From positions 3,428-67,427 of the forward strand of contig JBNKKI010000173.1 in NCBI GenBank assembly GCA_050291745.1: DNA of 64,000 nt, read 5' to 3'. This DNA is from Gammaproteobacteria bacterium. GTDB lineage: Bacteria; Pseudomonadota; Gammaproteobacteria; GCA-001735895. The translations under genes and the position numbers were made by a program. Position 1 is the stretch's first letter; the number at the start of each line of letters is the position of its first letter. Shown here piece by piece: positions 18,425-27,698 of the stretch. Below the pieces are notes generated by a model. The model ran no database searches. It was not told the origin of the DNA and saw only the letters and a program-made list of their open reading frames with translations.

Positions 18425-19846
18425 ATGAATCAATTGCTGGACGAAACACACCAACCCAAAGCCCACCTTGAAGGAACACTAAGTCAGCGGGTTAAATTTG
18501 AATGGGCGACACTGGCCCGTCTGGGCGCCCCCATTTTAATTGCTCAATTAGCACAAATGGCGAATGGTGTCATCGATACCCTGATGGCAGGACGAGCCAG
18601 TGCTGATGATTTAACCGGAGTAGCTATAGGCTATAGCTTATGGGTGCCGATTTTCCTTTTTGTCATAGGCGTGTTAAATGCTCAGCAACCACTTATCTCC
18701 GGTTTTAACGGTGCCAAACAATTTGAAAAGGTTTCTCCTGTTGCCTGGCATGGTATTTATTTTGCGATTTTGGCCGCCATCGCCGCAATTATTGGATTAA
18801 ATCAGATTGACCCAGTTTTACAGTGGTTAAAAATGGAAGCTAACCCGGCGACAATAACCAATGGATATTTATTTGCGTTTTCCATGGGTATACCGGCAAT
18901 TCTGTTAATTCTAGCACTACGCGGATTGACCGATGGACTGGGTCATACGCGTATCATCATGGTGTTTACCATAATATCAACTGCGATCAATACGCCTCTT
19001 AATTACATTTTTATTTTTGGTAAGTTTGGTTTTCCCGAAATGGGTGGTGTCGGATGCGGTTGGGCCACTACGATTGCTAACTGGATCGCAGTGATTGCGC
19101 TATGGATTTATATTCACCGGGCCAGGACATTTAAACGATTTCATCTATGGTCAAATCGAATGAGGCCCAATTTTGAACAGTTTAAGACATTATTGCGACT
19201 GGGTATTCCCATTGGCTTTACTATTTTTGTTGAAGCTACAATGTTTTCTGTTATCGCCCTGTTACTGGCACCGCTAGGCTCAATTGTTGTTGCCGGTCAT
19301 CAAATTGCACTCAATATCGTCAGTGTCCTGTTTATGGTGCCGCTCAGCCTCGGTATGGCGCTCACCTTGCGTATCAGTTTCCTGATTGGTGCTAATCAAT
19401 GTGACAGTGTACGTCTTGTCGCTCGCAGCTCAATTATTCTGGCTCTGATCATTGCCTTCAGTTTTGCCACATTTTTACTGTTTAATAGAGCCACCCTGGT
19501 AGGATGGTACAGTAATGATAAGGATGTTCTGTTAATGGCGACTCACTTATTACTTTTTGGTGCAGTGTTTCAAATTGCAGATGTAGTCCAGGTGAGTTGT
19601 ATTAGTGCATTACGTGGATTTAAAGATACCCGTATTCCCATGTTTATCATGCTGTTTTCCTTTTGGGTAATTGGCATTCCGCTAGGCTATAGTCTGACTT
19701 TTAATAACTGGATAACTGAGCCAATGGGTGCAGCTGGTTTCTGGGCAGGATTAATTGCCGGTCTGGCCCATGCCGCCTTCTGGTTAATTTTACGATTGAT
19801 GTGGATAAGTCGAAAAATTGCAGATCAACAGGTTTTTCCAGGTTAA
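18425..19846 (+). CDS. MATE-family multidrug efflux transporter (NorM-like)
   Basis: 473 aa, 12 predicted TMs, N-terminal LARLGAPILIAQLAQMANGVIDTLMAGR characteristic of MATE/NorM. Confidence 0.85.
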   Translation: MNQLLDETHQPKAHLEGTLSQRVKFEWATLARLGAPILIAQLAQMANGVIDTLMAGRASADDLTGVAIGYSLWVPIFLFVIGVLNAQQPLISGFNGAKQFEKVSPVAWHGIYFAILAAIAAIIGLNQIDPVLQWLKMEANPATITNGYLFAFSMGIPAILLILALRGLTDGLGHTRIIMVFTIISTAINTPLNYIFIFGKFGFPEMGGVGCGWATTIANWIAVIALWIYIHRARTFKRFHLWSNRMRPNFEQFKTLLRLGIPIGFTIFVEATMFSVIALLLAPLGSIVVAGHQIALNIVSVLFMVPLSLGMALTLRISFLIGANQCDSVRLVARSSIILALIIAFSFATFLLFNRATLVGWYSNDKDVLLMATHLLLFGAVFQIADVVQVSCISALRGFKDTRIPMFIMLFSFWVIGIPLGYSLTFNNWITEPMGAAGFWAGLIAGLAHAAFWLILRLMWISRKIADQQVFPG

Positions 19847-19901
19847 TAATCTCTTGAAATAATATGCGATAGCCAAATCGGAGTTAGTCGGGCTTATTGT
19901 T

Positions 19902-20807
19902 TTAGTTCTTTACCCGAGAATTATGTTCGGCTTTAAAGCGGGTCAAAGCAATGCCAAGCAGAATAATTGCCAGTGAAAAAAGGCTGCTCATATTCATCGG
20001 TTCAGAAAGTACCCACACACCAGCCAGAAAAGCGACTACTGGAATTAAATAATTAATGGTCGATAGAAAAGTCGGGCCTGCCCGCTCAATTACTGCAAAC
20101 AAAATAATCGATGCGATACCGGTTGGAGCAATACCAAGCCAGATAAGCGACCATAGTGAAGCTGAACTAATTTTGCTCCACTCAACATGCTGCTGTGCTA
20201 ACCATATTGGTAATAAACAGAAGGTGGCGGCAATTAATACACCGGCCCCGGCAACCATTGGATTGAAAGCTGGCAAGCGTCTTACAAGAATTGTATTAAG
20301 AGCATAACTACAGGCTGCAATAAAAACGGCAATCGCACTTAAAATTTCACGGGATTCACTGGTAAAAACAGGGCCAAGTAATAATGTGACGCCTGTTATT
20401 CCCAGTATAAAACCTATAATTTTAAATCGGTTCAGAGATTCCTGAGGTATAAAATAATGAGCAAGAATCATTGTCATCAAAGGCATGATTGCCATAATCA
20501 TGCCGGCCAGACCGGAATCCAGTGTTTGCTGTCCCCAGGCAATTAGAAAAAAAGGAAATAAATTGCCGACAAAACCGTACAGACTGAAGATAAGCCAACT
20601 TCGCAAATCAAAAGGTAAGCGTCTGTTTCGACCATACATATAAGCTGTGACGATCAAAGCGCCTATCAGTACACGAAAAAAAACTAACGACAGTGGATCA
20701 ACCGATCTGACAGCTATAGATGTAAACATGAATGAAGTGCCCCATAGTAAAACAAGGCTCATCAGCAGCATCCAGTTTATTAGTGTAGTGTTTGATTTCA
20801 TAATCAC
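19902..20807 (-). CDS. DMT-superfamily (EamA-like) transporter
   Basis: 301 aa, 10 TM, duplicated EamA-type halves (LLWGTSFMFTSIA...; ...LSEPMNMSSLF). Confidence 0.75.
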   Translation of the reverse strand: MIMKSNTTLINWMLLMSLVLLWGTSFMFTSIAVRSVDPLSLVFFRVLIGALIVTAYMYGRNRRLPFDLRSWLIFSLYGFVGNLFPFFLIAWGQQTLDSGLAGMIMAIMPLMTMILAHYFIPQESLNRFKIIGFILGITGVTLLLGPVFTSESREILSAIAVFIAACSYALNTILVRRLPAFNPMVAGAGVLIAATFCLLPIWLAQQHVEWSKISSASLWSLIWLGIAPTGIASIILFAVIERAGPTFLSTINYLIPVVAFLAGVWVLSEPMNMSSLFSLAIILLGIALTRFKAEHNSRVKN

Positions 20808-20953
20808 CTATTTTAGAGCAAATTCGATTAGTAAACTGATATTTTGCAGATCAACTCAGGGTTGTGAAAAAGTTATTGATCCGCCTGGTGAAACGCTATA
20901 AATTCAGCAATCTGCTCAAATCCTGTAGATATTAGACAGAGATAGAAAGGTTA

Positions 20954-21080
20954 AACCTGCAATTCAATTCGTAGCGGGATACACTGATTGGGTGATTTTT
21001 TCACATCATACACATCAACTGTCATGATTAAAACAGTGGATTAATCTCTATAGCGGGCGTTCTACTGCGCAATTCAGGTT
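20954..21080 (-). repeat. MITE-like repeat family A, short core copy A3 (~127 bp), inverted orientation
   Basis: AACCTGCAATTCAATTCGTAGCGGGATACACTGATTGGGTGATT...CATCAACTGTCATGATTAAAACAGTGGATTAATCTCTATAGCGGGCGTTCTACTGCGCAATTCAGGTT; has its own TIR AACCTGCAATTC/GAATTGCGC..AGGTT. Confidence 0.65.
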
Positions 21081-21177
21081 TAATTGTAAAGAATTGTTAC
21101 GAAGTTAATTAAGGCAAAATAAATACTTAAAAACTTGATAAACTACTTTTCTTTTAACTTGGCCCAGATGGAAAATC

Positions 21178-22269
21178 ATGAATTGTGCTTCAACTCCCCT
21201 AGCCAGAATACTGAGTTTATTTTTAATACTTTGGTTTACTCCACTAGCAGCGAGTGAATATATTGTTAAGCCCGGTGATACACTGACAGGCATAGCCAGA
21301 CAACGCATAAGCCCTGATCTCCAATATAATTCACCACAAGTCGTTCAATTTATTAATCAGGTAATGCAACAAAATCCATTGCAGTTTCCACAAAATAACC
21401 CGAACCAGCTATCCATTGGCATGAAATTAAACCTTCCCGATGGGAATCCCGTTCCAGAACCAAAGCCTGAGCCAGTCGTCGAAACAATCCCGGAAATCAA
21501 AGTGCCTGAAAAAATAATGGCACAAATCAGCCGCTTAAAAGGAACTGGCTGGATTATGCATAGTGACGAATCTAAAGAACCACTAGTTGTCGGTCAAACT
21601 GTAAAGCAGGGCGATAGTATCCGTACAGAGCTGGATTCACAGGCAGTTGTTGAATTTGCTGATCAAGCCAGCCTGACGGTTAAAGAATCCAGTCAGGTTA
21701 ATATTGCAGAATATCACTGGGATGAACAGGCTGGTACAGGTCGTTCAATTATAAATTTTCTGCAAGGAGCATTCCGCGCTGTTTCTGGCCTGATTGGAAA
21801 AAAAGATCCTAATGACTATGCCGTCAACACACCCGTAGCGACCATAGGAATCAGGGGAACAGATTTTGGCGCACGCTATTGCGCAAGCAGTAGTTGTGAG
21901 ATAAAAACAGGAGAAAACACAGTGACACTATCTCAAGGTATTTACATTGGTGTCCTTGATGGGCAAATCAGTTCTCATAGTGATGGCAAGGAAACCCTGG
22001 TAGATGCGGGCGAAGCCATATATCAGAAAGATGCCCAATCACCGGTTAAGCCGATTAAAAACCTGCCGGGTATTATATTCAGTGAAGCGGAAATAAAAAC
22101 ATATGCCCCGGCTCCCATGACAGTAATAGAACCAACTAAAATGGATAAAATACCATTTTACCAGGCCTTCTGGCTCAACAGTCAGGGAAATGTTATGAAA
22201 GATAGTCAGGGTAATTGTATCCGTAGTAGTGATTACCGTACCGATCATCATGTTGTTGAATGCCAGTGA
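21178..22269 (+). CDS. Secreted LysM-domain / FecR-domain protein
   Basis: Signal peptide (LFLILWFTPLAAS), LysM-like YIVKPGDTLTGIARQ...LSIGMKLNLP, then FecR-like beta-sandwich region (VVEFADQASLTVKESSQVNIAEYH...). Confidence 0.6.
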   Translation: MNCASTPLARILSLFLILWFTPLAASEYIVKPGDTLTGIARQRISPDLQYNSPQVVQFINQVMQQNPLQFPQNNPNQLSIGMKLNLPDGNPVPEPKPEPVVETIPEIKVPEKIMAQISRLKGTGWIMHSDESKEPLVVGQTVKQGDSIRTELDSQAVVEFADQASLTVKESSQVNIAEYHWDEQAGTGRSIINFLQGAFRAVSGLIGKKDPNDYAVNTPVATIGIRGTDFGARYCASSSCEIKTGENTVTLSQGIYIGVLDGQISSHSDGKETLVDAGEAIYQKDAQSPVKPIKNLPGIIFSEAEIKTYAPAPMTVIEPTKMDKIPFYQAFWLNSQGNVMKDSQGNCIRSSDYRTDHHVVECQ

Positions 22270-22289
22270 AGCAGTAACAGGCTTTCAAT

Positions 22290-22492
22290 CTGGAAAAATC
22301 AGTTAATCATGAAAGTCCAGGTAACAGCTTAATGCAGCTGATAAAATCAAAAACACGCTCATCACAAATCAGCTGACTACGCTGTTTTTGATTTCCCGGC
22401 AATTGCTCTACCTACAGCCATCTCTGGCTTAGACCAGGCGCATCAATCTGTTACGCATCTTTTTCACGCTGAACTGATTTTTCCAGGTTCAA
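22290..22492 (+). repeat. Repeat family B copy B1 (~203 bp)
   Basis: CTGGAAAAATCAGTTAATCATGAAAGTCCAGGTAACAGCTTAATGCAGCTGATAAAATCAAAAACAC...TTGATTTCCCGGCAATTGCTC...GCATCTTTTTCACGCTGAACTGATTTTTCCAGGTTCAA; two further copies at 24801 and 26449. Confidence 0.65.
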
Positions 22493-22525
22493 CTCGTCCA
22501 ACTGCGGTTTCCAGGTTCAGGCTAA
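22489..22525 (+). repeat. Family A right-terminus fragment (A4) abutting family B copy
   Basis: TTCAACTCGTCCAACTGCGGTTTCCAGGTTCAGG matches the A-element right end only. Confidence 0.5.
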
Positions 22526-22889
22526 AACTATTCCTTTTTACCTGGATGAGTTTAATAAGGCGGGAGTGAAACAGTGGAAAACTTGACCCAGTATCAGTAA
22601 CTGTCTATTGGCTGTTTGCTATATGTGAACGGTTATACAGAGGAAATTAGAGTTTAGAAAAGGAGATGAATGTGCTGTTATGAATGAAAATCCCTATGCT
22701 ATTGTTGGTTGAGTAAGCAAGGAGAGTCTCCCCCAGGCTTTTCATAGAACCGTAAGTGAAGCTATCGATTTATACGGTTCTTATTATCATTCAGTCAAAC
22801 ACGTAACAAACTCCAGTGCACAAAATAATTAGGGTAGTTGCACTTAATTCGCTTCACTAACAATGGATTAAGTCGCGACTGCGCGCGGC

Positions 22890-23519
22890 CTATCCATTTT
22901 TGTTAGAATTTTTTCTATTAATCCTACAAGTGTAAAGGCCAGCTAAACCTGTAACAAACAGTAGTAAAACCGCAGGTGCAGGTACCGAACTTATAGTACC
23001 GCTGACGTTGGAAGAAAGATTACCGAACTGGGTTTGAAAGCCCTGGGAGGCGCTTACGCGAAACTTGTCAATCGAACTATTAAGAACCAGATCAAACAAT
23101 TCGGATGAGCTACCTGGAGAAAAAAATGGATTTGTGCCTATGTTAAATTGAATACTGAAGAGAGAAGCCGAGATGCCATTAATAGTTGGGCCACTACCTG
23201 TAAAATCCAAAAGGAACCAGCCTGCTGAATTGATCGTTGATATAGAAGCTCCTTCAGCATTAAACGTTTGCGCCCCAAAAACGCTATCAATCCAGTCAAA
23301 TGTCCCAGTAACATTATCTATCACTGATGAGCCTATGGTTCCAGAACCAATGTTGAAGGTAACGTTTGAAGTTAGTGTTGTGCCAATAGGTAATAAATCT
23401 GTAGCTATTGAAAGGCCATCGGTCATATCAGCAGATGCATTTACTGAAATCAACGATGCTTGAACATTAGCTGTAAAGGCTAGTGCTAATGCACATACCA
23501 GTGAATAAAAGATTTTCAT
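22890..23519 (-). CDS. Secreted Ser/Thr/Gly/Asn-rich protein with PEP-CTERM/VPLPA-CTERM-like C-terminal sorting signal
   Basis: N-terminal signal peptide MKIFYSLVCALALAFTANVQA; C-terminus ...SSVPAPAVLLLFVTGLAGLYTCRINRKNSNKNG = Pro-x-Pro motif, hydrophobic helix, basic cluster as in exosortase substrates. Confidence 0.55.
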   Translation of the reverse strand: MKIFYSLVCALALAFTANVQASLISVNASADMTDGLSIATDLLPIGTTLTSNVTFNIGSGTIGSSVIDNVTGTFDWIDSVFGAQTFNAEGASISTINSAGWFLLDFTGSGPTINGISASLFSIQFNIGTNPFFSPGSSSELFDLVLNSSIDKFRVSASQGFQTQFGNLSSNVSGTISSVPAPAVLLLFVTGLAGLYTCRINRKNSNKNG

Positions 23520-23671
23520 ATATACTCCGTGTTGTATTATTTTTTAAACTCTAGCAGTTTAAAAAAAGGAAGCAAAAATATACAAATATAGTTGGATTCC
23601 TTCAATTTCCGTAATATTACTTTTTGTTTAGAATATATTAATGGGCAGACAATGGTAATGTCAATGAATTA

Positions 23672-23896
23672 ATGAACAAGATAGAGAAAGAAAAATGTCT
23701 TGAAATAATTGCTCTCCACAATCGAGGTGACGGTGTTATTGGTGCTAGCGATGATATGGAAGATATTATTAATCTATTGAATGGACGAAAAGAATTTGAA
23801 GTTGAAGTTCAGACTTTGACTAAGGAGTTGAAAGAATTTCTCAGAGATGAAGCCGAAGCTTTCTTGCCTGGTCCGTCATTAAGCGAAGCAATATGA
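23672..23896 (+). CDS. Hypothetical small acidic protein (74 aa)
   Basis: Open frame only, no family recognised; in AT-rich accessory island. Confidence 0.3.
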   Translation: MNKIEKEKCLEIIALHNRGDGVIGASDDMEDIINLLNGRKEFEVEVQTLTKELKEFLRDEAEAFLPGPSLSEAI

Positions 23897-24034
23897 TGGC
23901 ATTTACTACCAGATGAAATTTTTCAGAAGTTGAGGGCTATTACCCGATTATAAAATAATGTGGCACAATTGATGACTAAAGAAAGCTAATTAGTGTAGAG
24001 CTATTTTTAAATATATTGTTGGAGAGCGAAGCCT

Positions 24035-24056
24035 GTCCCTGGCTGCAAGCCAGGAC
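24035..24056 (+). terminator. GC-rich hairpin (GTCCCTGGC-TGCAA-GCCAGGAC) followed by T-rich tract, candidate intrinsic terminator
   Basis: 8-9 bp near-perfect stem, 5-nt loop, then GTGGACTTTATTTATAG; ~140 bp downstream of ORF 23672-23896. Confidence 0.3.
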
Positions 24057-24800
24057 GTGGACTTTATTTATAGTAAATAGCTTGATCGACTAATTAGGGT
24101 CAAAGTAATATAAGAGTTTTTAAAATGATATCGAATATACTTAGAAAATCACAAAATGATAAGTCTTCAATATTATGAAAAGAAAATTTAAATTATTTAT
24201 ATTGGCAAAAACTTCAAACAAATAAAATATTTAGAAATAATAAGGAAAAAAATGGAGAAAATACTGTTGCTTTTATTAGTCAAGGATCTTGTGAATGGGA
24301 AGAAGTTTATTCTACTGATGCTTTAAACCACAAACAAATATTCCTAAGAATGATTTCTGATGCAGCTATTGATACTAATTATCTGGAGGAAATTTATTTT
24401 AATGTTTTTAAATAATATGCTTAAATGGAAACGTATATCTTGTGCGCTATCTTTTGAGCTCAACAGATTGGCGTAAAGAGAAATTATTATAAATATTGAA
24501 TGAGTTGGGGCTTTCAAGAAAGGTGATTAGTACTGGTAAATAGAACCAGAGTACATTTTTTGTGAAACTTTAACTATCAAGTCTGAGGAAGGTTAAGAAG
24601 TGGAGCGACATAATAAGCTAAAGTACAGAGACACCACGGGGTCTGTTTATTGGTTAAGTACTCAGCAAATTCTTAAATACGATACCCTTTATAAAGAGAG
24701 TAGTAAGGTGAATGACGGCATAGTTTATAGTCTTTTATATACTCAACTCAAGCTTCATTTTTGGCTGTTATATTGTCAAAAGCTCTGTAGTGTACATTAA

Positions 24801-25013
24801 CCTAGAAAAATCAGTTGAATCATGAAAGTCTACGTAACAGCTTAATGCAGCTGATAAAATCAAAAACACAGTCTTCACCAATCAGCTGACTACGGTGTTT
24901 TTAATTTGCCGGCAATTGCTCCTGCATTGCTCTAACTACAGCCATCCCCGGCTTAGACCAGGCAAATCAATCTGTTACGCATCTTTTTCACGCTCAACTG
25001 GTTTTTCTAGGAT
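24801..25013 (+). repeat. Repeat family B copy B2 (~213 bp), immediately upstream of OMP-like gene
   Basis: CCTAGAAAAATCAGTTGAATCATGAAAGTCTACGTAACAGCTTAATGCAGCTGATAAAATCAAAAACAC...GCATCTTTTTCACGCTCAACTGGTTTTTCTAGGATT; carries a 14-bp perfect inverted repeat AAAATCAAAAACAC/GTGTTTTTAATTTG. Confidence 0.7.
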
Positions 25014-25035
25014 TAAAGAATTAAATAAATTTCAT

Positions 25036-25722
25036 ATGATAAGAGTAATTACGTCCATAATTTTTTTATATCTGGCCAGTTTTTCACAAATGTCATATTC
25101 AAATGAAGATAGTGAGGAGACGACTTTATATGATCGCTTTATCCAAAATACTTTTAGTATACAGATGAAAGATATTAAATCCGGAATATCAATTACAAAC
25201 TCAGCGGTAATTTTTAGATATGACGAGCCAATTGGAGCTGGCGTTATAGATCTGGTTGCTAAGTTAGATGGTATAGACTTTTCATACAATCAATATTTTA
25301 CTAACCAGTTTGGTGTTGAGTATGGAGTATATTATGGTAGTACAGATGTTCTATATTATGATTTTCTAAAAAAGAAAGATGAAAAGAAATATATATTTTC
25401 TGTTCCTATGTCTAGTTATTCTGATTATAGAAATGTGAGTGTTTACGGAATAAGAAGTACAATTATTGGTGGATTATATCTTCGAGATCCAGGATTCCGG
25501 GTGTTTCTTGGGTTAGGGGGATATTTAGATTATATTGAGTTAGATAGAGTAGATGGTCGTAGTTTAGTTGAAATCGATATCGGTTCAGCTATTAAATTCG
25601 GGTTAGGGTATAATTGGGAAAAAATTTCTGTAGATTTTTGGGGAAGTGTTAGGTCAGATGGGCCCACTGGATTTAGCTCGAAAACAGCACAAGGTGGATG
25701 GCGGCTCACCTATTATTTTTGA
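25036..25722 (+). CDS. Putative outer-membrane beta-barrel-like protein (228 aa)
   Basis: Start set at ATG 25036 just after repeat B2 (the track ORF starts inside the repeat); N-terminal hydrophobic signal-like segment ITSIIFLYLASFSQMSYS, alternating Tyr/Gly-rich strands, C-terminal ...WRLTYYF ending in Phe. Confidence 0.5.
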   Translation: MIRVITSIIFLYLASFSQMSYSNEDSEETTLYDRFIQNTFSIQMKDIKSGISITNSAVIFRYDEPIGAGVIDLVAKLDGIDFSYNQYFTNQFGVEYGVYYGSTDVLYYDFLKKKDEKKYIFSVPMSSYSDYRNVSVYGIRSTIIGGLYLRDPGFRVFLGLGGYLDYIELDRVDGRSLVEIDIGSAIKFGLGYNWEKISVDFWGSVRSDGPTGFSSKTAQGGWRLTYYF

Positions 25723-26056
25723 TAATATGAAATTATTTTACATATTTTTTATTTTACCAATGATGAGATTGTTAACGGGTTAACCTTATAAGCTGGCGGC
25801 TTAAGTTGAAAATAGGATAAATTTTAGAGGTAAAATCTTATTTGATGGAATCCAGATTCAAACATCTTTTTAAGATGCAGTAACTGAGCTTGAGTTAACA
25901 GAAAAAAGACAGAGAAGTTGCTCTTAAGTAGAGAAATTAATAAGCCCAGGAACAGGGGCAGATAGTAATATCAGAGATACTCATAATTTTATGAAAAAAC
26001 TGATTAAAGGTTGTCGAGATAGAATTATTCCAAACTATGTCCCTTGTGATCATAAT

Positions 26057-26291
26057 CCTAGATTCCGCAGATGACCGCTCGCAATAGAGGTTAACCCACT
26101 GTTTCATAAACCATGACAGTTGATTTGTATAATCACCTAATCGGTGCATCACGCTACGGACTGAATTGCAGGTTTGAGGCGGCGTATCTCTTCGTTGTAA
26201 CTCCTTGGAATAGCTCGCTATTCCGCGTCGTTACGCCTTGATCTACACCACCTCAAACGCACAATCAATTCGTCCAACTACGGATTCTAGG
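26057..26291 (+). repeat. MITE-like repeat family A, full-length copy A5 (~235 bp), + orientation
   Basis: CCTAGATTCCGCAGATGACCGCTCGCAATAGAGGTTAACCC...CAATTCGTCCAACTACGGATTCTAGG; >85% identical to A1/A7 by eye. Confidence 0.75.
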
Positions 26292-26448
26292 ATAATCAAA
26301 GCTTTGCAATGAATGCAGGCTGCAAAAATCTTAAGGGCTTAAGAGACTAAAGTTAAAAAACCAGGATTTAAGTTAGATCAAGAAATTTATTGAAAAAAAA
26401 CATCATAAAAGGCAAAGTGATGTTTTTAATAGTAATCTCAAGCTTAAT

Positions 26449-26662
26449 CCTAGAAAAATCAGTTGAATCATGAAAGTCTATGTAACATCTTAATGCACCT
26501 GATAAAATCAAAAACACACTCTTCACCAATCAGGTGACTATGGTGTTTTTGATTTGCCGGCAATTGCTCCTGCATTGCTCTAACTACAGCCATCTCTGGC
26601 TTAGACCAGGCGCATCAATCTGTTACGCATCTTTTTCACGCTCAACTGATTTTTCTAGGTTA
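26449..26662 (+). repeat. Repeat family B copy B3 (~214 bp), immediately upstream of lipoprotein gene
   Basis: Near-identical to B2 (CCTAGAAAAATCAGTTGAATCATGAAAGTCTATGTAACATCTTAATGCACCTGATAAAATCAAAAACAC...CTCAACTGATTTTTCTAGGTT). Confidence 0.7.
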
Positions 26663-26725
26663 ATGGAATCATGTCCTGTATGGTCTTTTTCTACAGCCTC
26701 ATTATATAAAAAAGGAAAAACTGAA

Positions 26726-27616
26726 ATGATTAATAAATATTTAGTACTACCAGTTCTATTCAGCATTATATTATCGGGTTGTGGTGGCTCAGGTGATAAG
26801 GAGGATGAACTAATTTTAGGTGATCTTTATGACAAAAAACCTGGAGATGTGTTTACAACATCAAGAACCATAAATCTTGCATATTCAAATGGACAAAATG
26901 CTGAAGTCAGCGCTACTGGGGAAAGTACATATTCTGATATTAGTGATATTCCTTCTAAATATGATTATTCAAACTCTAATAATGGTCCATATGTGCTAGA
27001 AACTTTTAAAATAGATGATGAACCTTTTCAATTGTTTTATATGACAGAATCTGGCGATAGTATTATTGACGACGATTTTGAATTTTTTTCGAGTGTTGAA
27101 TATAGGACTGAAAGCGGTAAGGCTAAACCTGAGAATATTTATATGGGTGATGAATTTAGTTATAATATAAATTCAACTTTATTCGATTCTCAATCAGGAG
27201 TAGAAGCAGGTTATGAAATCCAAAATATAGATTTTACTGTGTTAAAGGTAGAGCAATTGATAGTGCCTGCAGGTTCATTTAATGCTGTTAAAATCGGATA
27301 TAGCTTTTCTTCCACAACTTCAGAGAATGCTGTTGTTAATACGATGTCAGAAACAGGTTACGTGTGGTTTGATACTACAAATGGCTTTCTTCTTAAAGAA
27401 GAGAAAAATGGAAATATGACACTAAACGAATTAAGTCTAACGGCGACATTTTCAGCAGAGACTATATTGCAGAGTTATTCAATTTCTCAAAATAAATCAG
27501 CTAAAAATAGTTCTGCTGCAAGAGCAGGTAAGAATTCGTCACTTATAGATATCAATCCATTGTTTATTTATCATAATATAAAGCAGAATATCCAAAAGCT
27601 TAGTTTGCTAAAATAA
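26726..27616 (+). CDS. Hypothetical lipoprotein (296 aa)
   Basis: Start set at ATG 26726 (AAGGA RBS) giving MINKYLVLPVLFSIILSGCGGSG with lipobox LSGC; the track ORF begins inside repeat B3 and reproduces the same spurious N-terminus as the OMP-like gene. Confidence 0.6.
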   Translation: MINKYLVLPVLFSIILSGCGGSGDKEDELILGDLYDKKPGDVFTTSRTINLAYSNGQNAEVSATGESTYSDISDIPSKYDYSNSNNGPYVLETFKIDDEPFQLFYMTESGDSIIDDDFEFFSSVEYRTESGKAKPENIYMGDEFSYNINSTLFDSQSGVEAGYEIQNIDFTVLKVEQLIVPAGSFNAVKIGYSFSSTTSENAVVNTMSETGYVWFDTTNGFLLKEEKNGNMTLNELSLTATFSAETILQSYSISQNKSAKNSSAARAGKNSSLIDINPLFIYHNIKQNIQKLSLLK

Positions 27617-27698
27617 AACTGGATAACTCGTAGATTGTTCTGCAGTATTCAAAACGCTTTCTCTATAAACTTTAAAGATATTCCTGGAATATAACAGA

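Noticed and set aside
24180-24420. Stop-free ~75-codon frame without start codon (…NKEKNGENTVAFISQGSCEWEEVYSTDALNHKQIFLRMISDAAIDTNYLEEIYFNVFK)
   Set aside because: No start, no RBS, no family resemblance; probably a decayed gene fragment in the AT-rich island, not reported as a feature
24895-26725. N-terminal extensions MFLICRQLLLHCSNYSH... of ORFs 24895-25722 and 26534-27616 as real shared signal sequences
   Set aside because: The shared residues are encoded by repeat family B itself; RBS-supported starts (25036, 26726) lie just downstream of the repeat and give proper signal/lipobox N-termini
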